Shown here in pieces: positions 52,319-64,000 of a stretch of 64,000 bases of DNA. Each line of letters begins with the position of its first letter. Position 1 is the stretch's first letter. Source of the DNA: Paramecium tetraurelia (taxonomy: Eukaryota); NCBI GenBank assembly GCA_000165425.1, contig CT868441.1, positions 1 to 64,000 on the forward strand. The letters are read 5' to 3'. The position numbers were made by a program, and so were the translations under genes. The notes beneath the pieces were generated by a model. That model was not told where the DNA came from. It saw nothing but the letters and a program-made list of their open reading frames with translations, and did not search any database.

Positions 52319-55021
52319 ATGTTGATAAGCGATTTTTTGGTAGCTGCAAAACCAAGCAAATAAAATAAAAAGGATAGTGAAGAAAGTCAACAGTAGCCTA
52401 AATAGAAAAAGAAACTGAAACTAACTAATACTGTGTTTGAACCTTCCATTCATAGTTTGAAGGATTTTAAGTTTGAGGATGAGAATGGCGAATAATAATA
52501 AATTGAATAAATTGATAAATTAAGCAATGCCATCTCCTCATAGCCCATGCTTAATATTATCAGATTGAACAATCCAAAAACTACAACTTCGCTTAAGAAA
52601 TTGATAGAGTAATAGGAAGAAGATCAATTAACCAGACATCTCAAATTTAGACAAGAAGATGTGAGTTATCTATTTACACTCTTGCTTAATGAGACCAAAT
52701 CCCAAATGAAAGAATTGAAAGATGATTATCAAAGTGAGAATGAATATTTGCAATATTTTTTACCTCCATTTATTAATGAAACCTTAGCTTACGTCAAAAG
52801 TACAGCAGAAGACATGGCAAAAAAATATAGAAGTCCCGCATTACCACTTCCCTTAAGATACCAGTTGATGATAGATAGAAAAAACACTATACTTGGAAAG
52901 TATTTAGTTTTGGAAGCAGTTGAAGGGGATTTCGATTAAGCAGATAAGTACACCTGGAAAAAGACATGCATTAGCGAATACTTTGAGTTCATAGCCGCAA
53001 AGAGTTATATTGTCTAGATATTCATCAGAAATGAAAGAGAATATGTAAATTTGCTAGGAATCATCTCTAAATAAGAATCAAATAGAGATAAAAATTTAAT
53101 TTATCTCCCATGGAATTCAAGAGTTATTAACTCTCTTAAAATACCCAATATTGTTGTGGAATCTAACAATAACAAATAAAACATCTATTAATTGAGACAA
53201 TCTTATGTGCCTTTAACTTATCCTAATTTTGAGGAATTGTATCCCTATCAATTTTTAGTGCATTTGAATCCCATTTTCTCTCCTGCCACTTATCTGATTG
53301 AACTCAAAGCTCTCCTCAATATTGGCAAATCAAAATACATGAATTGTTTGTTATAACCATAAAATTTCATTGAGCCTCGTCCCTTGATGAAATCAGCCTA
53401 TGAATTCGGAGTTCCACTGTTATAAATCACAGAAGAATATCTTAAAAATAATAAAAAATTCAATCAATCTTAAATGAGTGCCATCAGACATTCAACCAAT
53501 TATACGCATCCCTTTACATTGATTAATGGACCTCCTGGGACTGGTAAGACATACACTTCAATGGGGATTATGAATATTGTTATGCAAAGAATGAATTAAA
53601 TTAATGAGGATAGCATTATTTTAGCTTGTGGTCATTCCAATACAGTTATTAATGATTGGGTTAGAAAAATCAATAAGGAATTCTCCAATGCAAAAGTTAT
53701 GAGAATTGGTGTGGCTGAAAAATCAGATCCTGACATTTATGATTATTGTCTAGAAATCAAAACTTAAAGATAATTCTTTATGAAATTTACGCCAGATTAT
53801 GAAAAGAAATCTATTTGTGAATTAATTAAGCCTAATAAACAAAAGTATGATCAATTGACTCTCATTCATATCAAATAAAAGATTGCATAGTTGAATGAAA
53901 AGATCTATGATCTAAGAGACTTTTATGATGATTTAGATCAATAATAACAATTCTCAGTTGATACTGATTTGTATAGACTGGAATCATAGAAAAAGGACCT
54001 AAGAAGATTCTACTCCACACTCATCTAAATTCTAGGATAAAACAAGGAAATCTATAAAGAAATGATGCTAAAAAATTTGTAAGGCATTTAAATTATTGTT
54101 TCCACTCTAACTAGTTGTGCTTCATCCTTGCTTGAATAATACATGGAAGATAAATATGTCTCTATGTGCATTATCGATGAAGCTCCTATGTGTTTTGAAC
54201 CTTCCACTCTAATCCCACTCTCTAAGCACAAGATCTACAAATTAGTACTCATTGGGGATCACCGACAACTCGGCCCAGTCATCTATGACAATACCAATGC
54301 TTTCGAATACAATTACAATAGGAGTCTATATGAAAGGCTTCTACAAACTACTTAGCAATTCATTATGCTCAATGTTCAGTATCGATCAATGCAAAATCTT
54401 AGTAGAGTCACGTCTCAATTTTTCTATGAAGGAAAAGTGTAGGATTCAGAATCTGTGGGTAAGATGCAATTTCCATAATATTTGGCAAACAAATTAAATA
54501 ATTCAAATAATTTCCTCTTTTTCGATGTTCATGGTGGCACATAATTCAACAGCAATAATTCGCTATTCAATGAATATGAAGCTTATGGAGTGTTCTATTT
54601 AGTGTGTTACTTGTTATAAGATTATAATGATCAAAATGAAAAACCAATTTCAATTATTACTCCTTATCGGGCTTAGGTCAAACTGATTAAAAAATATCTC
54701 TATAAATTCAACCCATAGCTCTTGGATTACGTTGAAATCGATACCATCGATGCATTTCAAGGCAAAGAAAACGATATCATGATAATTTCACTGGTTAGGA
54801 GTGAAGGGCTTGGATTTTTGACTGACTACAGAAGGGCTAATGTTGCTACTTCTAGGGCTTAATACGGATAATTCATATTTGGAAATTCCAAAGCTTTATT
54901 GAATGAGCAAAGGTTATGGAGTCCTCTTTATTAGTATCTTTATTAAAGGAAATAAATTAAAAGTTTTGGAGACAAAGAAGCCTATGATCCAAATTTTTTC
55001 CAAAATATTTTAAATCAGTGA
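52319..55021 (+). CDS. SF1B Upf1/Sen1/DNA2-family helicase (Sen1-like)
   Basis: [69 protein letters not shown] and [10 protein letters not shown]. No Upf1-type Cys/His N-terminal domain seen. Confidence 0.9.
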
Positions 55022-56696
55022 TTATGTACATATATATAACTTAACATTCTAATTTCATTTTTTAATCATCAAATATAACAAATTTGGTCTTTAGTCAAAA
55101 AAAAATGAATATCTAATTTTTCAGTAAATTTCTAAAAACTTTAATATATATTAGAATATTGTTCTTTTCAAATATTTTTAGAGAGAAAACACCATATAAT
55201 AAGAATCAGAAGTTCACCTTTTTTATTGCAAATTTTTGTATAAGACCACCAATGAATGAAGTGGTTTGTTTTAGAGACCATTTTATTTGAGTTTGGATTA
55301 TTCTTTAAGAAATAAGTCACCATCTTATGGATCACTTTTCATATTGCAATCCTGTATTTTTTAGTTATCCGGTAAGTAGTTTTAGAGATTATGAATCAGC
55401 TTAGATTTGAAATACATCTATTGTTCATAGTTTTGTAGTTGCTTTAGTTGCTGCATTTATATTTTTTATTTATATTTACGCAAATTTATGATAAATTATC
55501 AATTCATAAATACAAACAGATTAAAATTTAACTGTTCCAAATATTTTGTTCTAAGGTTTTCTCATATATTTTGACATACTTTAATATCCACATTGGATTC
55601 ATAAAATTCCTGTATGAATCTGTATTCATTAAATTATAGTAGTAAAAATCCTAACACTTTAGTACTTTATTGTGTTATGGTAGATTTTATGTAGTGTACT
55701 ATTTGATTATACAATATCTAAATCTTAAATCCTTTCGCGTGGTTTGACTTGAGAAAAAATATCTGATTTATGAAATGTTTTAAGTGTCTATCAAATTTGT
55801 AATTAAGGTTTTACGATATATTAGTTGTAAAATATTTTTTTAAATGGTTTATAATCAATTACAATCACTATCGGATCTAAAAGTATTTTAAATTATAAAA
55901 AGAATTATCCAAAATAGAGATCGATTCTCTAGAACATTTGAAGAAGTATAATTTCTACTAATTATGCATTAGAATTATGATATTCAAAAGGCTGGGCGAA
56001 CTAAATTTGTTGTTAAAATGATCAATAGCAAATCGACACATTTAATTAATTTTCAGAATTATTTAATTTCTATTTTATTTGTACTAGAACATTTTAGGAA
56101 ATTCTAAAATTATAAAATTATTCCAATATATAATTAAAATTTATTTTTTAATAGTTAAATTAACAATGTTAATGTTAAATAATTTAAAATATGTGGTCAT
56201 GGGAAGATTTTCAAAATGATTCTAAAATTTAAAAGGCCACTAAATATACAATAGATCATTAAAATATCGAATCTATTTTAATGCTGAAGTTGTTTTCTTA
56301 TAATTATTCTCATGTTTAAATTTTAATATATAATAATTGATTCAACCATCTTTTCACGTTGATAAGCATGATAAGAATACAACATTTATATTTAGCTTAA
56401 AATATAATGATTATTTTCAATTTTCTGTTATCTGCTTATTTCTTGCGATTAATAAAGGGATAAGAATATGGTCAAGGGTTACATTAAAGATTGGTTTTTT
56501 ATGAAATTAAGTCTTAAGATCGGTTAGATTGATGCTTGCTTTATTTGAGATTGCACAGTATTGGAAAACGATTGAATGCTCGGATTAATAAATTTACTTT
56601 TTAATTAAACTTGATCTATTAGTTATCTTAGAACTGATTTTTTTAAAGAATTTGATTGATAATTTATTTATATATATATAAGAGTTTCTGAATAAA

Positions 56697-59064
56697 ATGT
56701 ACCTTAATGACCTTCATGCAAGCAATTATTAAATTTAATCACCTGTTGCAGAACAGAGATTGTTGTATCAAGAGGCATTTGGATAAATAAGATTAAAACA
56801 AATTCACTCTTAGTCTAAGTTGAAAGACTTATTATTGAAAGCCATAATGAAATTAAGGAAATATACGAAAATAAAGAACATCGATTTATTAAGCAAGCAT
56901 CAATTACTGGCATTTAATGATGTGTCTAGTTGTCATAATACATTTGTGAAAAAAGAGAAGGAGACTACCCAATTTGAAAAATAATATTACTAATACAAAT
57001 AATAGAATCTCAGTTTACAATTGATAGTAACAAATCTAATGAATATGGTTAGAATGCAAGGTTTAAGGAGCATAAAGGCAAGTCATCCTTTGTTAATATT
57101 TTGGAGCTTTTTAAAATTTTTATTGGTTCTTCATTTATGCTTCATTTTCCCACTGTCAGATTCTTTCATCCAATAACTAGATGAGTTTATTCAGATTTAG
57201 CAACCAATATTTTTTATAGAAATTGTTATCTTAGCAGTGGATATAATAATGAGATTAAATGTACAAATCTACAATAAGGGTACTGTGATAACATAAACAA
57301 AATAAATAATTGTTCAATATTTTAGGAAGGAATTCCTAATTGACTTTGGTGGATTGTTGGGATTGTTGGCATTCTTATTCTCTTAATTTACACCATTAAA
57401 ATATTTATTTGTACTCAAAATAAAGGAATTATCGAATTTTATGGAAGTATTCAAGTATGAGATTGATCCTAAAGGCAAATTCAAGAGCCACTTGAAATTA
57501 ATGACTTTATTAATAACTGTGGTTTTGTTGGCTCATTGTTTTGCTTGTGTTTGGATTGGTGTTGGTTAGCATTCATTGAATAATAATTGGATTGTTTTGA
57601 GAGATTTACAAAATGCTCATTGGCTGGAAATCTATGTGAATGGTTTGTATTTTGCAATTACAACAATGACTACAGTTGGATATGGGGATATTACACCAAT
57701 AAATCCGTATGAGGTGTCTGTTAGTATTTGTTTAACTCTATTCTCCTCATGCATATTCGCATATGTTTTTAACACGATCACATCGATTTTGAAAGATCTA
57801 GATGCAAATAAAAGCAAAATCAAGCATGACCTAGAGATCCTGAGTCTGTACATGAAGAAACGTAACATAGATTCAGATTTGCAAAAGAGAGTTGAGAAGT
57901 ATTGAATTAAACATTATAGTAGTTATCTTAGATTGGTTTACAAGCATCAACCTTCAATTTAGGAGAAGAAGATCTTCAATAAGTTAAGTCCCTAGTTGAG
58001 ATAAGAGTTAAATGAATAAGATAAGGGTGTAATGTTACTGAAACAACCTGCTTTAGTAAACAATTTTTCATTGAAGTTCCTAAGAGATTTGATTGAAAGC
58101 ATTTAAGAAATTAATTTGACTCCGAATGAACAATTACCTAATGATTAAGGTTTGAATATACTTTAGAAAGGAGAGCTTAAGTTGTTCTTTGGTGAACATT
58201 AAACATTAGTTGGATATTTGAAACCAGGAGATGGAATTGGCGTGAAGTCTTTGTTTAATGGACAGAATTAAAGTACTAGATTGAGTTGTAAAAGTGAAGG
58301 ATTTTCACAGGTGTATTAGATTTCATAGAATGACTTTTTCAAGAAGTTGAAAGATGCAGATTTAGATTAATATTATTAGATTAAAGATAAGATCATGTAG
58401 AATAATTATGACAATTTATATGAGAAATGTTTGTTGTGCAGAAAGTTTGGACATGAGATTTGTGAAGACATTTACTTCAATTTGAATAAGGAATTAATTC
58501 TAGCCAAGTATAGACATTCGGTCAATCAGGAAAGGAAAATTGGATATAATAGGAAGAGGAAGCATAAATATAGAGTGTTTTAGGCTTTGGCTATTAAAAG
58601 GTAGAGTGCAACACAGTGTTATTAGAAGTCTATGAAATTTATGAAGATGTCTCAAAAGTAGAACGAAGAAAATGATGAAATCTCTGAGAGTTACAAAAGC
58701 GATGTAATTGTTTAATAATAAACAAGAGTCATATGATGAGTTGGAAGAATAGAGGCATTTTCTTGATGAGCAGAAGGATAATATCACTGTGTTTATTGAC
58801 AGAGAGAACTCTATGAAGGATATCAATAAGGAGGAGAGGAAGATTGTGAGGAGCAAGGTCAAAGGTCCATCATTAGTGAGAATGCTACAAAACTTTTCGT
58901 CTTTAAAGGTGTGGCAAGATGATTTCTTTATTCTGGGCGATTTTGATAAGATGAAATGTTTTCGGATGTACTATCCAACGCATAACTTTGATCAAGTGAT
59001 CAAGTATTACAATCAAAAGAGAAAGAGAATCAACAAAACTTTATTAAAAGTGTAATAGAGATGA
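56697..59064 (+). CDS. CNBD-family (EAG/HCN/CNG-like) potassium channel
   Basis: LLAHCFACVW (S5), YFAITTMTTVGYGDITP pore/filter, S6, C-linker (LQKRVENYL...KLSPQLRQEL) and a CNB-like domain. Intron from 57899; TGA 59062-59064. Confidence 0.93.
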
Positions 59065-59207
59065 GTGTTATTATTAAGATTAAAATTTATTTATGTTTTT
59101 TGATCAAATATGTTATTTAAATATGATCTGATATTTGGATTGATATATATATATGACATGTGATTGCTAATTAATTTTAATAATAATTTTCATCCGTTAA
59201 TAATTTA

Positions 59208-61132
59208 ATGTATTCATCCATTCGAGAATCCCCTCAAAGACATGACACAAGGTCTTTTGTCCAAGAAATTGAGTTCTTAAAGGCTAAGTGCCAGGAATTG
59301 GAAACAGAGAATAGATTGCTATTCGAAGAACAATAATAATTATAAAGAAGAGCCCATGACATAGTAACGAATGACTCTAACGTTGAATCCTACATCAAAG
59401 AAAACAATATGTTGTAGACTGAGAATGAGAAACTTATCAAGTTATCCCGACAGAGAAAAACTGACGCGGACTTATGGAAATCCAAATATGAAAATCAATT
59501 GCAATAGATTTTATAAATGAAATCCAATTATGAATTCGAAATAAAGCAACTAAATGCTGAATTATAGAAGCTAGGGGCTGTTCTATCACAAGCAGAAGCA
59601 GAAAGATAAAGACAATTGGTTGGCATATCCGGTCAAATAGAGAGTTAATCTAATTAAGATTTCGAGAATCTCAAGAAGGCCACTAATTTACAAATAGAAA
59701 TAAGTGAGAGTTAGATTAGAAAACTACGAGATCATATTGATGAACAAAATAATGAAATCAGTGATCTTCAATAGAAAATATTAAGATAAAAAACTGAGGA
59801 TGACATCTAAATAGAGAGATTGCTTAAGGAAAATGAGTTACTTAGAGTCAAAATTCATCAATAAGAATCAGAGAAGTAAAGAGAACTAGAACACATGAAT
59901 GACAATCTCAACAATTTCTCATAGTAATAGATTCAATTGTTGAAACATGAATTCGCTAGATAATCAGATGTCTAACAATCTGAAATAGATAAACTTAAAG
60001 GTCTACTTGAAATTAAGAATGCTGAAATAGAAACATTACTTGGATAAAATGCTAAAAATAAGTAAATGTTTGAGGATTAAATCAATGATTTGAGAACTGA
60101 AATCTAAATTTTGAAGTAGAAATTATTAGATCAAGAAAGATAAGCAAGAGTGATTCTTGAATCATCTCTTAAAGATCAATAACACTAACATTAAAGGGAT
60201 TAAGAGACATTGAAATCATACTATCAAACATAAATTATTAATCTAGAAAAAGAAATTAATGATTTGAAGGGAATTATCGAACATAAAAATTAATAAATCT
60301 AAATCTAAATTGAGGAAAAGAATTTACAAAGATAACAATTAGAATAATTAATTGTTGATTTAAGAAGAGAAATTGAAAATTAAAAATTAATTACATTTGA
60401 ATAAGAAAAATAAAAAAATAATGAAATCAACGAATTAGATGATCAATTCTAAAAATCTACAAGTCTATTGAATGAAAATATTGATTAATAGAAATTGTAA
60501 ATCTTGTTTTTGGAAGGTGAAATTGAAAAACTTAAAGAAATGTTATCACAAAAAACTAAAGATTAAGAATCTTTAATTGCTTAATTTAATTTACATAAGA
60601 GATAATTAGAGGACGATATTAGAAGATTGAAAGATGAAATTCATTCTCTAAAACAAGAAATATTATCAATCACAAGTTCCAAAAATTAAGAAATTCAAGA
60701 TCTTTAATCCAAGAATGATAGGGTGACAATCCAATATCGAGAAAAACTCAGATAAAGTGACATCTCTTAAGAACAATAATTGTTAGAAATTAAAAGATTA
60801 AGAGAAACTCTATCTGTTAAGGAGTAGGAAAATGAAAATCTAGCAAACCAAAGAAACCTTTTAGACAAAGATTTAAAGAGAGCAAGAGATGAAATTGAAT
60901 AATTTAAATAGAGACAGTTAGCCTTAGAAAGAGAGAAGGTATTAATATGTATTTATTGTAGTTTACTTAATTGGAAGATTTGAAGAATAAATTGGAGGCT
61001 TCAAATTCCTATTAAATTAGTAATTTGAAAGCTGCTTATAATACTTAAATCAGTGTATTGACTGAGGAAAATGTTCATCTGAAATAACAAATAGATCAGA
61101 GAAGAATGTATGATTCCTCTGTTAGAATGTGA
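59208..61132 (+). CDS. Long coiled-coil protein (EIxxL repeats), putative cytoskeletal
   Basis: DADLWKSKYE, SEIDKLKGLLEIKNAEIE, GEIEKLKEML, LEIKRLRETL; one short intron near 60939; TGA 61130-61132. Confidence 0.8.
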
Positions 61133-61187
61133 CTTTATTATATATATTATGAGATTCTGAAATTTATAATATTAAAACAAATAGACA

Positions 61188-62444
61188 TCAACACAAACGA
61201 CCAAATTAAATAGATGAAATAGGGTTATAATAAACATCCTTTATTGATTGAAGAGGTAACACAACTAATCCAAAAGCAATTACAACTAGTAAAACTTAAA
61301 TAATAATTGATTCCCTTTTATATTTCTTAACTAACTTTTTTAAGATTCCTGCCACCAAATAACTGCCACAACCAGATACACTCTAATTACATTTGAGAAT
61401 TCATTACTGCCAATATTAAAAATTGCGATAGTTGATATCCTCCAGATAAAGCAATTATAAACACAGATATAAATGAAGTGAACATAACAGTGAAAGTAGC
61501 AGAGGCAGCAGCTCTTGCAGGATTGATTCCTGTTTCAAGCCAAACAGGTGTTAATACTACTCCTCCTCCTAAGCCAACCAGTCCTCCCAAAAACCCTGCT
61601 TTCATACTTGATTTTACAGTGATGTCATATACTTCACTTATTTTGCCTCCAGAGAAGTCATAACCAATTGATTCTTTGAGAACCTCATCCTTCTTTATTT
61701 ACTATCTGTATCTTTGAACATTATAAAAGCCTACACCAAAAATGATGAAATTGATAAAATGATATCCATATCCACAATATCCTATTCCAAGTATTGATGG
61801 TATGGTTGCAGCTCCTTTCAGTAAAGTCAATGCAACCACGATAAATACTGAGAGAGCTATTTCTTTAAGGTTTTCAGTAGGGTAAAGCTTTGATTCATTA
61901 TCCTTTAATTATTACAAATTTTATGGCAATATGTTCTAATCATTTATATTTATTTCTTTCATCTCAACTTATATTAGAAGGTCATTTCTTTCTTTTTCCC
62001 TAACCTTTTTATAAACATTCTTGGTCTTGAGAAATACATTTAATAAAATGGCGAATAAAAATATTACGATAACCAATTTGGGTAACCACTTTCCACTAGC
62101 TACTCCCAAAATAGCTCCTGCTAAAAGCAATGGAAGTGTTATCTATACTAGTTAATAATTGATTAATGGACTGCTTCCATCTTAGATCTAATTTTAACAA
62201 TTGCATTGATTTTTACTTTTTCTCTTCCTAACCTTGCAAAATTACCTATACTTCCTCCAAATAACATGATGTAGGTGTTCCAAATAGCTTGCTTACTCGA
62301 GCACCCTAGTAAAACCATCATCACAGGTGATACAATGGGACCTCCCCCTATTCCACCTGCTTAGGCTAACCCAACTAATGATCCCAAAATTGCATATGAA
62401 ATCCATGTAAAAGGTTCAGACAGGGATGGCATTTCATAGTCCAT
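61188..62444 (-). CDS. TauE/SafE (sulfite exporter-like) family membrane protein
   Basis: Duplicated Gly-rich motifs LAQAGGIGGGPIVSP and AGFLGGLVGLGGGVVLTP...AAASATFTVMFTS; multiple TM helices; ends QFGRLC-TGA. Confidence 0.88.
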
Positions 62445-62608
62445 AAATAAATAATATTCTTTTAATGTAATTTTTTTTGCTTAAATCTAATTTAATTAAA
62501 AACAGCATAATATAAGTATACAATTAATTACATTTAGTTATTGCAACAAATTGTAGAAATATTGAAATGCACTATATTATTGTTATATAATTAAATAAAT
62601 AAAACAAA

Positions 62609-63478
62609 TCAAATTGGTTTCAAATCAATGGTGTCCATAAAAGCCCTAACTTATTTTAAGGTTGATTAATAAATATTTTGATCCGTTTCCATTTAAGAAA
62701 TCATTCCTCTCAATTTGTAGACTTCTTATATAAGCACTTTCTTATGTCCCAGTAATTTATCATTTTCATCTTGGAGTAATGCTCTATCCTATTCCATCGA
62801 GCTAATCTAAATTTGAGATAAGAATTACAATTTTATTGTATTTAGAATTCAATTCAGATAAATTTTCTTTTACATCTTGTCTTTATAATTCAGAAATGGA
62901 GAGTTGGTTTTGTAGTATATTGATTTTGGATTGCAATTTCAGATTGACTGACTTTTCATATTTCAAAGTATCAGAGGAATCAGCTATCAAGTCCTCAAGA
63001 TTTTGTATCTGAGCTTAAGATGATTACAATTTAGTGGTTAGAAATTCTTTCACAGATTTTAAAGCATGTAATTGAGCTAATACATCTTCTTCTGAATCAA
63101 AGACACTGCTATTCCCAGATAAATGTCCACTGGAGCCAATCTCTTATTTTTCTTACAAAAGTATTTGTTATTGTTATTATTGTTTAGTTCCTCCAACAAT
63201 ATGTTGTGCATTTCGACTTAAAGACAATAATTTAAATCCCAGAGGACAAAACATTATGTTTCTCAATGATGAACAAGTAGCTGTAAATCTATATAAATCT
63301 AGATCATCCAAAAATGCACATAGTCTTTGGATTAGTATCACCTTTAGTTTATTTAGTGGTTTACTTTAGGTAGTCTTAGCAACAAAGAATTTTGATTATG
63401 TTTAATCTATTCTTCTTTGTGTTTTTAACTCAACTCTAATTCATCTAATTACGCGATTATTTTATCGAGTTTGTCCAT
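62609..63478 (-). CDS. F-box-containing coiled-coil protein
   Basis: After removing a 23-nt intron: LLRLPKVILIQRLCAFLDDLDLYRFTATCSSLRNIM (F-box consensus), followed by coiled coil; TGA 62609. Confidence 0.65.
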
Positions 63479-63498
63479 AAATAAATAATATTATAATA

Positions 63499-64000
63499 TC
63501 ACTATCCTTCTGTTCCTCCAGTTTTCGATTTTGTTACTGTTTCAAATTGCAAATCTGAATTAGCTTTGATTTCTTTGTGGTTTTTAAGATGAGCAAAATA
63601 AAAAGCTGTTTATGAAAATTCACTTTAATTGACGCTGGCTAACATGTTACCCAAGGCACAATAAGTGGAAACATCCAGTGTTTTCAAGTCTTGTCCTTGC
63701 TTAAGAATCTCGTCGAATGCAAAGAATGCTCTCTCATCCATATTATTTGTGCATTCTAGCAATTCAATGCTTATATCCATGGGTCGATTTGAATCATGAA
63801 TTTTGTCAGTGAAAAATATACTAACAGAAGTGATCAGCATCCCTCCAATTAGATATCGTATGCCAACTCTAAATTATGTAAATCGTATTTGTCTTTGAAA
63901 GGAGCTTTCATATTTGGCTTGACGCTATTGTATTTTTAAGGACATTCTTTCTTCGAAATTATCGATGAATTTTAATTTTTCATCATAGAACACTCTCCAA
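63499..64000 (-). CDS. Hypothetical protein, 5'-truncated by the window edge
   Basis: Open code-6 frame including MLITSVSIFFTDKIHDSNRP...YCALGNMLAS; the exact stop depends on a possible 28-nt intron. Confidence 0.5.

Noticed and set aside
27608..55021. RNA-surveillance gene cluster (PABPN1-like, RBM42 pseudogene, UPF2, Sen1-like helicase)
   Set aside because: The genes are interspersed with unrelated ones on mixed strands; nothing in the sequence argues for more than chance.
52319..55021. Calling the helicase UPF1
   Set aside because: No Cys/His-rich UPF2-binding domain is visible and the motifs are divergent; only the Upf1/Sen1 family level is supported.
1..64000. Telomeric repeats, tRNA/rRNA genes, transposase or reverse-transcriptase ORFs, retained IESs
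   Set aside because: By eye I saw no tandem C4A2/C3A3 tracts, no tRNA or rRNA signatures and no DDE or RT motifs. The conserved genes are interrupted only by intron-like gaps. tRNAscan-SE, Infernal and a MIC/MAC comparison would be needed to exclude them formally.

Overview
This is not prokaryotic DNA. It is very AT-rich ciliate macronuclear sequence, almost certainly Paramecium. Recognisable proteins read through TAA/TAG as Gln and stop only at TGA (translation table 6), and genes are split by tiny 21-31 nt GT...AG introns. The supplied ORF track treats TAA/TAG as stops, so it shows only fragments or antisense artefacts; I re-translated the genes by hand. The window has two zones. (1) About 1-14,900 holds decayed Cys-rich and REJ/GPS-type surface or membrane protein genes, with no clearly intact gene. 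(2) About 15,100-64,000 is extremely gene-dense, often with only ~20-40 bp between neighbouring coding sequences. In order it carries: a ~3,000-aa anoctamin/TMEM16 with pseudokinase-like and helical C-terminal extension, mitochondrial uL13, a ciliate-type membrane protein, a PABPN1-like RRM protein, an MSP/VAP-like protein, a cNMP-binding protein, a DHHC palmitoyltransferase, a GBP-like GTPase with CaaX, a coiled-coil protein, an RBM42 pseudogene, UPF2, a class IV (D-amino-acid-type) aminotransferase, a MORN protein, a Q/N/Y-repeat protein, a compact ABCA transporter, a Sen1/Upf1-family helicase, a CNBD K+ channel, a second coiled-coil protein, a TauE/SafE transporter and an F-box protein. Best leads: the giant anoctamin fusion, an A-tract plus terminal intron at the PABPN1-like gene that mirrors mammalian PABPN1 autoregulation, and an ABCA lacking both exoplasmic domains. 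Coordinates were read by eye and intron calls are predictions.
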